Below, piece after piece: positions 9,794-19,013 of a stretch of DNA of 64,000 nt. Position numbers and translations under genes: made by a program. Source of the stretch: Candidatus Caribbeanibacter nitroreducens (lineage in GTDB: Bacteria > Gemmatimonadota > Gemmatimonadetes > Palauibacterales > Palauibacteraceae); the NCBI GenBank assembly GCA_947581645.1, contig CANPVF010000123.1:12838-76837 (forward strand), in the 5' to 3' direction. The notes under the pieces are model-generated. The model was not told the origin of the DNA. It searched no databases and saw only the letters and a program-made list of their open reading frames with translations. Within the stretch, counting starts at the first letter, position 1. The number at the start of each line of letters is the position of its first letter.

Positions 9794-10828
9794 ATGAACG
9801 GGGTCGGCGGCGGGCGAGAGGAGAGGGGGCCGGAGCCCGGGGAGGAGCCCCCGGCCGGGCTCCTGGAGGAGTTCGGCCGGGGACGGCAGCGGGCCCTGGC
9901 CCGCGCCATCTCCATGGTGGAGGACGAGACGCCCGGATTCGAGGCGCTCCTGGACGCCGTGCACGAGCGGGTGGGGCGGGCGCGGCGGATCGGGATCACG
10001 GGGCCGCCCGGAGCCGGCAAGTCGACCCTGACGAAAGAGCTGGCCCGCTCCTACCGCCAGGAGGGCCTCCGGGTGGGGGTCATCGCCGTGGACCCCACGA
10101 GCCCCTTCAGCGGCGGCGCCCTCCTGGGCGATCGGGTGCGGATGACGGAGCTGGCGTCGGACCGCGGTCTCTTCATCCGCTCCATGGCCAGCCGCGGCTC
10201 CCTGGGAGGGCTGGCCACGTCCACGCGGGAGGCGGCGGACCTGATGGACGCCTTCGGCCTGGAGAGGGTGCTGCTGGAGACGGTGGGCGTCGGGCAGTCG
10301 GAGCTCGAGATCGCCCGCACCGCGGACACCACGGCCGTGGTGCTGGTGCCCGAGTCCGGCGACGGCATCCAGGCCATGAAGGCCGGGCTGAACGAGATCG
10401 CGGACCTCTTCGTGGTGAACAAGGCCGACCGTCCCGGGGCCGACCGGCTGCGCAAGGAGCTCGAGATCATGCAGCGGATCCGGGGCGGCCGGGACGAGGA
10501 GATCGACTGGGAGGTGCCCGTGCTCCAGACCGTCGCGTCCGAGGCGGAGGGCGTCGGCGAGCTCCTGGAGCGGCTGGACGCCCACTTCGGCCGCCTGCGG
10601 GAATCCGGCGCCCTGGAGGCGCGGCGCACGGACGTGCGCGTGGAGCAGGCCCGATCCGTGCTGCTCCGCCGCCTGGAGCGGGCGGCCGACAGCCAGTGGG
10701 AGGAGCGCCGGGACGAGATCCGCCGCCGGCTGGCCTCCGGGGAGGCGTCGCCGTACGCCGTGGCGGCGGAGATGGAGGCCGCCTTCCGCCGCGAGATGGC
10801 CGCCGGGGGGGATCCCGCGCGGAGCTGA
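9794..10828 (+). CDS. meaB: methylmalonyl-CoA mutase-associated G-protein chaperone MeaB/ArgK
   Basis: P-loop 'GITGPPGAGKST', 'VNKADR' and G3 'ETVGVGQSE' motifs of the MeaB/ArgK GTPase family, directly upstream of mutase genes. Confidence 0.85.
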   Translation: MNGVGGGREERGPEPGEEPPAGLLEEFGRGRQRALARAISMVEDETPGFEALLDAVHERVGRARRIGITGPPGAGKSTLTKELARSYRQEGLRVGVIAVDPTSPFSGGALLGDRVRMTELASDRGLFIRSMASRGSLGGLATSTREAADLMDAFGLERVLLETVGVGQSELEIARTADTTAVVLVPESGDGIQAMKAGLNEIADLFVVNKADRPGADRLRKELEIMQRIRGGRDEEIDWEVPVLQTVASEAEGVGELLERLDAHFGRLRESGALEARRTDVRVEQARSVLLRRLERAADSQWEERRDEIRRRLASGEASPYAVAAEMEAAFRREMAAGGDPARS

Positions 10829-10846
10829 TCCGCCGGTGAGCCGTTC

Positions 10847-10869
10847 GGACGGGCGGGCAACGCCCGTCC
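10847..10869 (+). terminator. perfect 9-bp GC hairpin after meaB (candidate terminator/attenuator)
   Basis: ggacgggcg-ggcaa-cgcccgtcc lies 19 nt after the meaB stop. No clear U-tract, as is common in high-GC genomes. Confidence 0.35.
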
Positions 10870-10972
10870 AGGGAACGGAACGCGACACGGGGTGGTATGG
10901 TGAGCGGGAGGATCCCCCGCCCCTGGAGCCGCGGAACCCCGTGCCGCCGCAACCGACTGCCGGAGAGGTACC

Positions 10973-12733
10973 ATGAGCACTGTCGAGCAGGAAGCCGAGC
11001 CCGAGGCCGCAGCCGACGAAGCGGAGGGCGCCCCCGAGCGGGAGGCCCTGGAGGAGGAGGTCCGGCGCAAGCGGCGCGAGCTGGCGGAGCTGGAGCGCGA
11101 GCTGGAGGAGTGGGACGAGGAGTACGACGACGTCCCCAAGCGGGACGCCAACTTCACCTCCGTCTCCGGCCGCGAGGTCCAGCCCCTCCACACCCCGCTG
11201 GACCTGGAGGAGGCCGACTTCGACTACCGGGAGGACCTGGGCTTCCCCGGCGAGTATCCCTTCACGCGGGGCCCGTACCGCAGCATGTACCGGACGAAGC
11301 TGTGGACCATGCGGCAGTTCTCCGGGTTCGCCACCGCCGAGGAGACGAACGAGCGCTACAAGTACCTGCTGGACCAGGGCCAGACGGGCCTGTCGGTGGC
11401 CTTCGACTTCCCCACGCTGATGGGATACGACTCCGACAGCGGGCGGGCCGAGGGCGAGGTCGGGAAGGTCGGCGTGGCCATCTCGAGCCTGGCCGACATG
11501 GAGACGCTCTTCGACGGCATCCCGCTGGACGAGGTGTCGGTCTCCATGACCATCAACGGCCCGGCCATGATGCTCTACTGCTTCCTGCTGGCCGCGGCCG
11601 AGAAGCAGGGCGTCCCCCACGAGGAGGTCCGGGGGACCATCCAGAACGACGTGCTGAAGGAGTTCATGGCCCAGCACGCCTGGATCTTCCCGCCGGAGCC
11701 GGCGCTGAAGATCGTGGCCGACACCTTCGAGTGGTCCTCCCGGAACGCGCCGAAGTTCCACCCCATCTCCATCTCCGGCTATCACATCCGGGAGGCCGGG
11801 GCCACGGCCGCCCAGGAGCTGGCCTACACGCTGAAGAACGGCTTCACCTACGTGGAGAAGGGCCTGGAGCGGGGCCTCGACGTGGACGACTTCGCCCCGC
11901 GGCTCTCCTTCTTCTGGGACGTCCACAACGACTTCTTCGAGGAGATCGCCAAGTTCCGGGCGGCGCGCCGGATCTGGGCCCGGCACATGCGCGAGGAGTA
12001 CGGGGCCGAGGACCCCAGGAGCCTCCGGCTCAGGACCCACGCCCAGACGGCGGGCGTCACCCTCACCGCCCAGCAGCCGCACAACAACATCGTCCGGGTC
12101 GCCTACCAGGCCATGGCGGCGGTGCTCGGCGGCACCCAGTCGCTCCACACCAACGCCATGGACGAGACCCTGGCGCTCCCCACCGAGGAGACGGCGCGCA
12201 TCGCCCTGCGCACCCAGCAGATCCTGGCGCACGAGACCGGCGTTCCGAACAGCATCGACCCCCTGGCGGGCTCCTACTACGTGGAGTCGCTCACGGACGA
12301 GCTGGAGCAGGAGGCCGAGGAGATCTTCGAGGAGATCGACCAGATCGGCGGTGTGGTCGAGGGCATCCGCTCCGGCTACTTCCAGCAGCAGATCGCCGAC
12401 TCCTCCCGCCGCCACCAGCAGGAGGTCGAGTCCGGCGAGCGGACCATCGTCGGCGTGAACGACTTCCAGGTGGAGGAGGACACCTCCATCGACATCCTCA
12501 AGATCGGCGAGGACGCCGGCAGGACCCAGGAGCGGCGCCTGGCGGAGCTCCGGGAGCGACGGGACGACGCCCGGGTGCGGGAGGCCCTGGACCGCCTCCG
12601 CGAGGCCGCCGAGGAGGACGAGAACCTGATGCCGCCGACGCTGGAGGCGGTCCGCGCCTACGCCACCCTTGGCGAGCTCCGTCAGACGCTGGAGGACGTC
12701 TACGGCCGCTTCCAGGAGCCGGTGGGGTTCTGA
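10973..12733 (+). CDS. methylmalonyl-CoA mutase-like, catalytic (N-terminal/large) subunit of a split mutase
   Basis: Acyl-CoA mutase TIM-barrel signature ('[12 protein letters not shown]', '[37 protein letters not shown]'). No B12-binding domain in this ORF. A 60-aa acidic coiled-coil N-extension is present. Substrate (methylmalonyl- versus isobutyryl-/other) is not determinable from sequence. Confidence 0.85.
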   Translation: MSTVEQEAEPEAAADEAEGAPEREALEEEVRRKRRELAELERELEEWDEEYDDVPKRDANFTSVSGREVQPLHTPLDLEEADFDYREDLGFPGEYPFTRGPYRSMYRTKLWTMRQFSGFATAEETNERYKYLLDQGQTGLSVAFDFPTLMGYDSDSGRAEGEVGKVGVAISSLADMETLFDGIPLDEVSVSMTINGPAMMLYCFLLAAAEKQGVPHEEVRGTIQNDVLKEFMAQHAWIFPPEPALKIVADTFEWSSRNAPKFHPISISGYHIREAGATAAQELAYTLKNGFTYVEKGLERGLDVDDFAPRLSFFWDVHNDFFEEIAKFRAARRIWARHMREEYGAEDPRSLRLRTHAQTAGVTLTAQQPHNNIVRVAYQAMAAVLGGTQSLHTNAMDETLALPTEETARIALRTQQILAHETGVPNSIDPLAGSYYVESLTDELEQEAEEIFEEIDQIGGVVEGIRSGYFQQQIADSSRRHQQEVESGERTIVGVNDFQVEEDTSIDILKIGEDAGRTQERRLAELRERRDDARVREALDRLREAAEEDENLMPPTLEAVRAYATLGELRQTLEDVYGRFQEPVGF

Positions 12734-12871
12734 GCGGACGCCCCTCGACCGACAGACGGACTCCCGCCTCCCCGGTGCCCCGGCTCCGGCCCGCGTTGCT
12801 CACCTCGCGGCGGGCCGGGTATCTTCGCCCGCCGGACCTCTGCACGGGCACCAACCAAGGGACCGACCGAC

Positions 12872-13297
12872 ATGACCGACCGGAAGTACCGGGTGCTGGT
12901 GGCCAAGCCGGGCCTCGACGGACACGACCGCGGCGCCAAGGTGGTGGCCGCGGCGCTGCGCGACGCCGGCTTCGAGGTCATCTACACCGGCCTGCACCAG
13001 ACCCCCGAACAGATCGTGAGCACCGCCGTCCAGGAGGACGTGGACGTGGTGGCCCTCTCCATCCTCTCCGGGGCGCACATGACGCTCTTCCCGAAGGTGC
13101 TGGACCTGCTGGAGGAGGAGGGGCTCGACGACGTCCTGGTCACCGGGGGCGGGATCATCCCCGAGGACGACATCGAGAAGCTGGAGCAGCGCGGCGTCGG
13201 GAAGCTGTTCGGCCCGGGCACCGACACCTCGGAGGCCGTCGACTACATCCGGACCTGGTGCGAGGAGCACCGGGGCGACGGCGCCGGCCGGGAGTGA
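12872..13297 (+). CDS. cobalamin (B12)-binding small subunit of split acyl-CoA mutase
   Basis: B12-binding Rossmann domain with '[25 protein letters not shown]' (DxHxxG motif), 141 aa, directly after the catalytic subunit. Confidence 0.8.
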   Translation: MTDRKYRVLVAKPGLDGHDRGAKVVAAALRDAGFEVIYTGLHQTPEQIVSTAVQEDVDVVALSILSGAHMTLFPKVLDLLEEEGLDDVLVTGGGIIPEDDIEKLEQRGVGKLFGPGTDTSEAVDYIRTWCEEHRGDGAGRE

Positions 13298-13319
13298 GGG
13301 TGGGAGCGCGGACCCCGGC

Positions 13320-14933
13320 ATGAGCGCACACGACGACACGCGAATGGGCCAGGCGGTGGAGGACCTGGACCGCCTCGAGGAGCGGATCCGCCGCGGCGGC
13401 GGCGAGGAGAAGATCGAGAAGCAGCACGACAAGGGGAAGCTCACCGCCCGGGAGCGGATCGACCTCCTGGTGGATCCGGGCGGCGGCTTCCTGGAGATCG
13501 GGCTGCTGGTGGCCCACGACGAGTACGACGGGGAGGCGCCGGCCGCCGGCGTGGTCACGGGGATCGGCGAGGTCACCGGCCGCGAGGTGGTGATCGTGGC
13601 CAACGACGCCACCGTGAAGGCGGGGGCCTGGTGGCCCGAGACCATCACGAAGATGCTCCGGGCCCAGGAGATCGCCATGCGGTGCCGGATCCCCATCGTC
13701 TACCTGGTGGACTCCGCCGGCGTGAACCTGCCGTACCAGGGCGGCGTGTTCCCGGGGCAGTACGGCGCGAGCCGGATCTTCTACTACAACTCGATCATGC
13801 GGCGCTACCTGGACATCCCGCAGATCTCGGCGGTGATGGGGCCGTGCATCGCCGGCGGCGCTTACCTGCCGGCCCTCTCCGACGTGATCGTCATGGTGGA
13901 GGACACCTCCTTCATGGGGCTCGGAGGCCCCAACCTGGTGAAGGGGGCCACCGGCGAGGAGGTGGAGGCCGACGAGCTGGGCGGGGCCGAGGCGCACAAC
14001 GAGCTCAGCGGGGTGGCCCACTACAGCACGCCCAACGACCGGGCCTGCGTCTCGAAGCTGCGCGACCTGGTGGCCGAGCTGGATCCGCCGGAGCGGCCGG
14101 AGCCCCACTCCGAGCCCCGGGAGCCGGCCCGGGACCCGCGGGACGCCTACGAGATCATGCCCGACGACCACCGGGACGCCTACGAGACCGAGGAGCTGCT
14201 GGGAACGATCCTGGACGAGGGGCACTTCGACGAGTTCCAGGCCGACTACGCCCGTGAGATGTGCACGGCCATCGCGCGCCTGAAGGGGCGGAAGGTCGGC
14301 GTGATCGCCAACCGGCGCGGCATGTTCCCGACCGACGACGGGCCGCCGAAGTTCGGGGGCATCGTCTACGCGGATTCCGCGGAGAAGGTGTCCTACTTCA
14401 TGGAGGTCTGCGACCGCCAGGACACGCCGCTCCTCTTCGTCCAGGACGTGAGCGGGTTCATGGTGGGCAAGGAGGCCGAGCACTCGGGCATCATCCGCGC
14501 CGGCGCCCGGATGGTGGAGTCCATGGCCACGGCCCGGGTGCCGAAGATCGTCCTCACGGTCAACCACGCCAGCGGCGCCGGATACTACGCCATGGCGGGA
14601 CAGGGCTTCGACCCCGACTTCATCTTCTCCTGGCCCACCGGACGGATGGGCGTCATGGAGGGGGAGTCGGCGGTCCGCGCCATCCACGGCCCGAAGATCG
14701 ACGAGGCGAAAGAGGCCGGCGAGGAGCTGCCGGAGGAGATCCGGGAGCAGGTCGAGAAGACGCGGCAGGAGTACGAGAAGCAGCTGGACGCCCGCTACGC
14801 CGGGGCCCGGGGCTTCGTGGACGCCATCATCCGTCCCGAGGACACCCGGGACGTCCTGGAGTTCGCGCTCCGGAGCGCGCTGAACAACCCGGCGCCCCAC
14901 ATCGGAGCCTTCACGCTGACCGACGATGCGTGA
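13320..14933 (+). CDS. acyl-CoA carboxylase carboxyltransferase (beta) subunit (propionyl-CoA carboxylase beta / methylmalonyl-CoA carboxyltransferase family)
   Basis: Full-length (537 aa) duplicated crotonase-like carboxyltransferase domain organisation. N-terminal '...KQHDKGKLTARERIDLL...' and conserved regions are typical of PccB/AccD5. Confidence 0.85.
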   Translation: MSAHDDTRMGQAVEDLDRLEERIRRGGGEEKIEKQHDKGKLTARERIDLLVDPGGGFLEIGLLVAHDEYDGEAPAAGVVTGIGEVTGREVVIVANDATVKAGAWWPETITKMLRAQEIAMRCRIPIVYLVDSAGVNLPYQGGVFPGQYGASRIFYYNSIMRRYLDIPQISAVMGPCIAGGAYLPALSDVIVMVEDTSFMGLGGPNLVKGATGEEVEADELGGAEAHNELSGVAHYSTPNDRACVSKLRDLVAELDPPERPEPHSEPREPARDPRDAYEIMPDDHRDAYETEELLGTILDEGHFDEFQADYAREMCTAIARLKGRKVGVIANRRGMFPTDDGPPKFGGIVYADSAEKVSYFMEVCDRQDTPLLFVQDVSGFMVGKEAEHSGIIRAGARMVESMATARVPKIVLTVNHASGAGYYAMAGQGFDPDFIFSWPTGRMGVMEGESAVRAIHGPKIDEAKEAGEELPEEIREQVEKTRQEYEKQLDARYAGARGFVDAIIRPEDTRDVLEFALRSALNNPAPHIGAFTLTDDA

Positions 14934-15008
14934 GCCGGGACGGGCGCCGGGGGCTCCGGACGGTGGGCCGACGCGAAACGTGACCACGCGCGACGAGGCG
15001 GGACGACG

Positions 15009-16385
15009 ATGAGCGACGATACGGTGCGCGTGGCCTCCGGCCAGGGGTTCTGGGGCGACTGGCTCGAGGCGCCGAAGCTCCAGGTCCGGCAGGGTCCCAT
15101 CGATTACCTGATGCTGGACTACCTGGCCGAGATCACGATGTCCATCATGCAGAAGCAGCGGTCGCGGAACCCGGATGCCGGCTACGCCCGCGACTTCGTG
15201 CCGCTGATCCGGGAGCTGGCGCCGGACCTGATCGAGCGGGACGTGACGGTGGTCTGCAACGCCGGCGGCGTGAACCCGGAGGGATGCCGGGACGCGCTGG
15301 TGGAGATCCTCGCCGACGTCGACCTCCCACGCCCGCTCCGGATCGGGGTGGTCACCGGCGACGACGTCCTGTCCGACATGGACGGCCTCATCGAGCGGGG
15401 GCACGACATGCGGAACATGGAGACCGGGGAGCCGCTCTCCTCGGTCCAGGACCGGGTGCAGGCCGCCAACGCCTACCTGGGTGCCGGCCCCATCGTCGAG
15501 GCCCTGGAGCGGGGGGCCGACGTGGTGGTGACGGGCCGGTCCACGGACACCGCGCTGACCTACGCGCCCCTGATCCACGAGTTCGGCTGGGGCCCGGAGG
15601 ACTGGGACCGGCTGGCCGCCGGCGTGGTGGCGGGCCACATCAACGAGTGCGGCGCCCAGGCGACCGGGGGGAACACCCTGGCCGACTGGCGGAGCGTGGA
15701 CCTGGTGGCGCCGGGATATCCCATCGTGGAGGCCCGGGAGGACGGCAGCTTCGTCGTCACCAAGCACCCGGGGCTCGGGGGACGGGTGACGTGGGCCACG
15801 GTGACCGAGCAGCTGGTGTACGAGATGGGCGATCCCGCGGAGTACATCACGCCGGACTGCGTCGCCGACTTCTCCACCATCGAGCTGGAGGACCTGGGCG
15901 GCGACCGGGTGGAGGTGAAGGGCGTCGAGGGACGGGAGCGGCCGGAGCAGCTGAAGGTATCCATCGCCTACCGGGACGGGTTCAAGGCCACGGGCACGCT
16001 CACCTACGCCTGGCCGGACGCGGTGGAGAAGGCGCGGCGCGCGGACGAGGTCCTCCGCGGCCGCCTGGAGCGTCTCGGGCTCGAGTTCGACGAGATCCGG
16101 ACGGAGCTGGTGGGGGCCGGCGCCTGCCACGGGTCGCTGGCGGGTGAGCCCCCGGAGGAGCTCCCGGAGGTGGAGATGCGGGTGGGCGTCCGGGCCGATC
16201 GCAAGGAGCACGTGGCCCGGTTCACCCGGGAGCTGGCCCCGCTGATCCTGGCCGGCCCGCCCAGCGTCACCGGCTTCGCCGGCGGCCGGCCCAAGGTGCA
16301 GACGATCATGGCTTTCTGGCCGGCGCTGATCGACCGCGAGGTGGTGGACGACCAGGTGGAGGTCCAGATCGTGGAGGCGGCATGA
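15009..16385 (+). CDS. AtuA-like acyclic terpene utilisation family protein (DUF1446)
   Basis: 458-aa protein with an N-terminal 'VASGQGFWGDW' motif and overall profile recalled for DUF1446/AtuA. Biochemical function unknown. Confidence 0.65.
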   Translation: MSDDTVRVASGQGFWGDWLEAPKLQVRQGPIDYLMLDYLAEITMSIMQKQRSRNPDAGYARDFVPLIRELAPDLIERDVTVVCNAGGVNPEGCRDALVEILADVDLPRPLRIGVVTGDDVLSDMDGLIERGHDMRNMETGEPLSSVQDRVQAANAYLGAGPIVEALERGADVVVTGRSTDTALTYAPLIHEFGWGPEDWDRLAAGVVAGHINECGAQATGGNTLADWRSVDLVAPGYPIVEAREDGSFVVTKHPGLGGRVTWATVTEQLVYEMGDPAEYITPDCVADFSTIELEDLGGDRVEVKGVEGRERPEQLKVSIAYRDGFKATGTLTYAWPDAVEKARRADEVLRGRLERLGLEFDEIRTELVGAGACHGSLAGEPPEELPEVEMRVGVRADRKEHVARFTRELAPLILAGPPSVTGFAGGRPKVQTIMAFWPALIDREVVDDQVEVQIVEAA

Positions 16386-16771
16386 AGGTGCAGCTCAGGG
16401 AGGTCGCCTTCGCCCGTTCGGGCGACAAGGGTGACACGGCCAACGTGGGCCTGATCACCTACACGGAGGAGGCCTACGAGGCGCTGGTCCGGGAGGTCAC
16501 CGAGGAGCGGGTCGAGGGACACTTCGGCGAGCTCTGTCAGGGAGGCGTGGAGCGGTACGAGATTCCGAACCTCCGGGCGCTGAACTTCCTCCTGCACGGC
16601 TCCCTGGACGGCGGCGGAACGCGGTCCCTGATGCTCGATGCCCAGGGCAAGACCTTCTCGACGGCCCTCCTGCGGATGGAGGTGGATCTCCCGGAGGAGG
16701 TCGTCGACGGGGTGCGGGACCGGATGCACGAGGAGCGACGGCGCTGGCGCGAGGGGGACGACGGTGAGTGA
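16382..16771 (+). CDS. DUF4387-family small protein (AtuA-associated)
   Basis: 129 aa, start overlaps the stop of the DUF1446 gene (ATGA). 'FARSGDKGDTANVG' is recalled as the DUF4387 signature; these two families are typically adjacent. Confidence 0.55.
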   Translation: MKVQLREVAFARSGDKGDTANVGLITYTEEAYEALVREVTEERVEGHFGELCQGGVERYEIPNLRALNFLLHGSLDGGGTRSLMLDAQGKTFSTALLRMEVDLPEEVVDGVRDRMHEERRRWREGDDGE

Positions 16772-17528
16772 CCTCGTTCACCTGGACGTGGACGACGCCA
16801 CGGGGGTCGCCTGGGTGGTCATGAACCGCCCGGAGCGGCGGAACGCCCTCAACCGCGGGCTGGTGAGGGACCTGAAGCAGGCGTTCCGGGAGGCCGACGG
16901 GGACGAGCGCGTCTCCGCCGCGGTGCTGGCCGGCTCCGGGCCCGACTTCTGCGCCGGGGCGGACCTGGCGGAGATCCGGGAGGCCGTGGAGGAAGGCATC
17001 ACGGCGAACCTGGCGGACGCCGAGTCGATGGGGGAGCTCTTCGTCCTGCTGCGCGGCCTGGAGACGCCGGTGATCGCGGCGGTCCACGGCCGGGCCCTGG
17101 CCGGCGGGAGCGGCCTGGCGGCGGCCTGCGACATGGTGGTGGCGTCCTCCGGCGCGGAGTTCGGCTTTCCGGAGGTGACCATCGGCTTCGTTCCCGCCAT
17201 GGTGATGGCGATCCTTCGGCGGGCCGTGGGCGAGAAGCAGGCTTTCGAGCTCGTGACCACCGGTGACCGGATCGACGCCGAGCGCGCCCGTGAGGTGGGG
17301 CTCGTGAACCGGGTCTACCCGGCCGACGACTTCGACGACCGGACGGAGGAGTTCGTGGAGGACGTGGCCTCCAACAGCGCCACGGCCATGGCCCTGACGA
17401 AGAAGCTCCTCTACCAGATGGACGGACAGAGCTTCCAGTCGGCGATCCAGGCCGGCGCGGAGATGAACGCCCTGGCTCGCCTCACGGAGGACTGCCAGGA
17501 GGGCATCGCCCGCTTCCTGGACGAGTGA
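16764..17528 (+). CDS. enoyl-CoA hydratase/isomerase (crotonase) family protein
   Basis: Crotonase fold motifs ('NRPERRNAL', 'GPDFCAGADL', 'AAVHGRALAGGSGLAAACD'). GTG at 16764 overlaps the upstream stop; start position is uncertain. Confidence 0.75.
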   Translation: MSDLVHLDVDDATGVAWVVMNRPERRNALNRGLVRDLKQAFREADGDERVSAAVLAGSGPDFCAGADLAEIREAVEEGITANLADAESMGELFVLLRGLETPVIAAVHGRALAGGSGLAAACDMVVASSGAEFGFPEVTIGFVPAMVMAILRRAVGEKQAFELVTTGDRIDAERAREVGLVNRVYPADDFDDRTEEFVEDVASNSATAMALTKKLLYQMDGQSFQSAIQAGAEMNALARLTEDCQEGIARFLDE

Positions 17529-17956
17529 GCCGGGACGGCGAGCGACCGGGCCTGGTGCCGCCCCCCGGGCTCCTGATCGCCCTGGCGGCGGCGCTGGCCA
17601 CGGCCGCGGGGTTCGCCGGACGCTTCCGGGAGACCGTGTGGCTGGGGATCCTCCTGGTCTGTGTGGCGGTGGCCTTCGGCATGGTGGCCGGCCTGGCCCT
17701 GCGGGTCTTCTGGCGGGGAGGGCTCGACGACGCCATCACCGGGGCCGGTGGCCGCTACCTCCTGTTCCTGGGCGGCGTGCTCTTCACGGCGGCCGAGGCC
17801 TACGCCTACGGGGTGGCCCTGGAGCAGGGCGCGCCGGCGGCCACGGCGGCCTTCCTGGTGCCCCCGGTGGCCATCGCCGCCCTCGCCTTGCGCAGCGCTG
17901 CGAGCCGGGTGAGGTTCGCGCCGGAGGCGGAGCGGGACGCCACCCCCGGCGACTGA
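17525..17956 (+). CDS. hypothetical small membrane protein
   Basis: GTG start overlapping the hydratase stop; three to four hydrophobic helices. No recognisable family. Confidence 0.4.
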   Translation: MSRDGERPGLVPPPGLLIALAAALATAAGFAGRFRETVWLGILLVCVAVAFGMVAGLALRVFWRGGLDDAITGAGGRYLLFLGGVLFTAAEAYAYGVALEQGAPAATAAFLVPPVAIAALALRSAASRVRFAPEAERDATPGD

Positions 17957-18026
17957 GCGGCCCTCCCGGCCGGATGCCTCCGAGCGACGCTTTCCACATC
18001 CAGGACCTCCAACCGACCCCATCCGA

Positions 18027-18812
18027 ATGTCAGGAACCACCGAGACGAGCGAGCGTGAGCCCGGGGACGGGCCGCCCTCCGATCCGACGCGCTCCCTGGA
18101 CGTCCAGTCCATCGGTCGCCTGGGAGCCGCGGCGGCGTGGATCGCCACACTGGGCGGCGGCGCCGGCTCGTACCTCCTGGTGACCGCCGGGGGGCGCACG
18201 GCGCTGACGGCCGGGATCCTCCTGGGAGTGGTGGCGCTGGCGGGCCTGGCCGTCGCCCTGCAGGCCACCGGGGAGTCGTGGCCCGGCGAGCCGGGATACG
18301 GCGAGGCCGGGGACGGGGAGACCGAGGCCGGCGCCGAGAGGTACCTGCCGCTGGCCGACCGGCTGGCCCTGGGCCTGCTGGGCGGCGCCCTGGGCGGGAT
18401 CGCCGTCACGCTGGGCGTGTGGGTGGCCGACGCCGTCGGGATCGCCGACCTGCTGGGTGTGCAGATCGCCGGCGCCCTGACCGCCACGGCGCTGGGGCTG
18501 CGGGCCTGGTACGGCGCGCTCTGGGGGATCGTGCTGGCCCTCCTCTATCCGCGTCTCCCGGGACGCTCGGCCGTGTCGAGGGGGACGCTGTTCGGCCTCG
18601 CGCCGGCGGTGTACGCGCTCCTGGTCCTGTATCCCCTGGTGCTGGATCTCGGCTGGTTCGGCGCCGACCTCGGCGTCCTCACCTTCGTCTTCGTGGTCCT
18701 CTTCCACCTGCTCTGGGGCGCCGTGGCCGGCGGCCTCTTCCGGTGGGCCGAGGTGACGGACCTCGGCGTGCTGAGCCGTCCCCTGGTGGAGCGTCACTTT
18801 TCCGACGCGTGA
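18027..18812 (+). CDS. hypothetical polytopic membrane protein
   Basis: 261 aa with about 6 hydrophobic Gly/Ala/Leu-rich helices and few Arg, unlike the spurious high-GC ORFs. No family recognised. Confidence 0.5.
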   Translation: MSGTTETSEREPGDGPPSDPTRSLDVQSIGRLGAAAAWIATLGGGAGSYLLVTAGGRTALTAGILLGVVALAGLAVALQATGESWPGEPGYGEAGDGETEAGAERYLPLADRLALGLLGGALGGIAVTLGVWVADAVGIADLLGVQIAGALTATALGLRAWYGALWGIVLALLYPRLPGRSAVSRGTLFGLAPAVYALLVLYPLVLDLGWFGADLGVLTFVFVVLFHLLWGAVAGGLFRWAEVTDLGVLSRPLVERHFSDA

Positions 18813-18818
18813 TCGACG

Positions 18819-19013
18819 GTGAGTGAGCCGCCGACGTCGACCCGGAAGTGGTGGCTGGGCCTCCAGGCGGGCTACGGGCTCGGGGGCGGGGCCGTGTGGG
18901 TCGCCGGCAAGGTCACGGAGAACGAGTTCGTGGCCGGGGCCGGTCTCGGCCTGGTGGTGGCCGCCCTCATCCTCCGGTTCGGCCGCATGGCGGCGGCGGA
19001 CGAAAATGAGTAG
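18819..19013 (+). CDS. hypothetical small membrane protein
   Basis: 64-aa ORF immediately after the previous gene, overlapping the next gene's start. Two hydrophobic segments. Weak support. Confidence 0.3.
   Translation: MSEPPTSTRKWWLGLQAGYGLGGGAVWVAGKVTENEFVAGAGLGLVVAALILRFGRMAAADENE

Noticed and set aside
10829-10972. Possible cobalamin riboswitch upstream of the mutase genes
   Set aside because: I looked for the B12-box (GCCACTG-like) and the characteristic multi-stem leader. Only a single terminator-like hairpin is present, so no riboswitch is called.
9698-12415. 905-aa minus-strand ORF
   Set aside because: It is antisense to meaB and the mutase catalytic subunit, with no motifs, and is spurious.
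13155-16211. 1018-aa minus-strand ORF
   Set aside because: It is antisense to the carboxyltransferase and AtuA-like genes, which have clear family motifs. Its composition is Arg/Gly/Pro/Leu-rich, typical of stop-codon-poor high-GC antisense frames.
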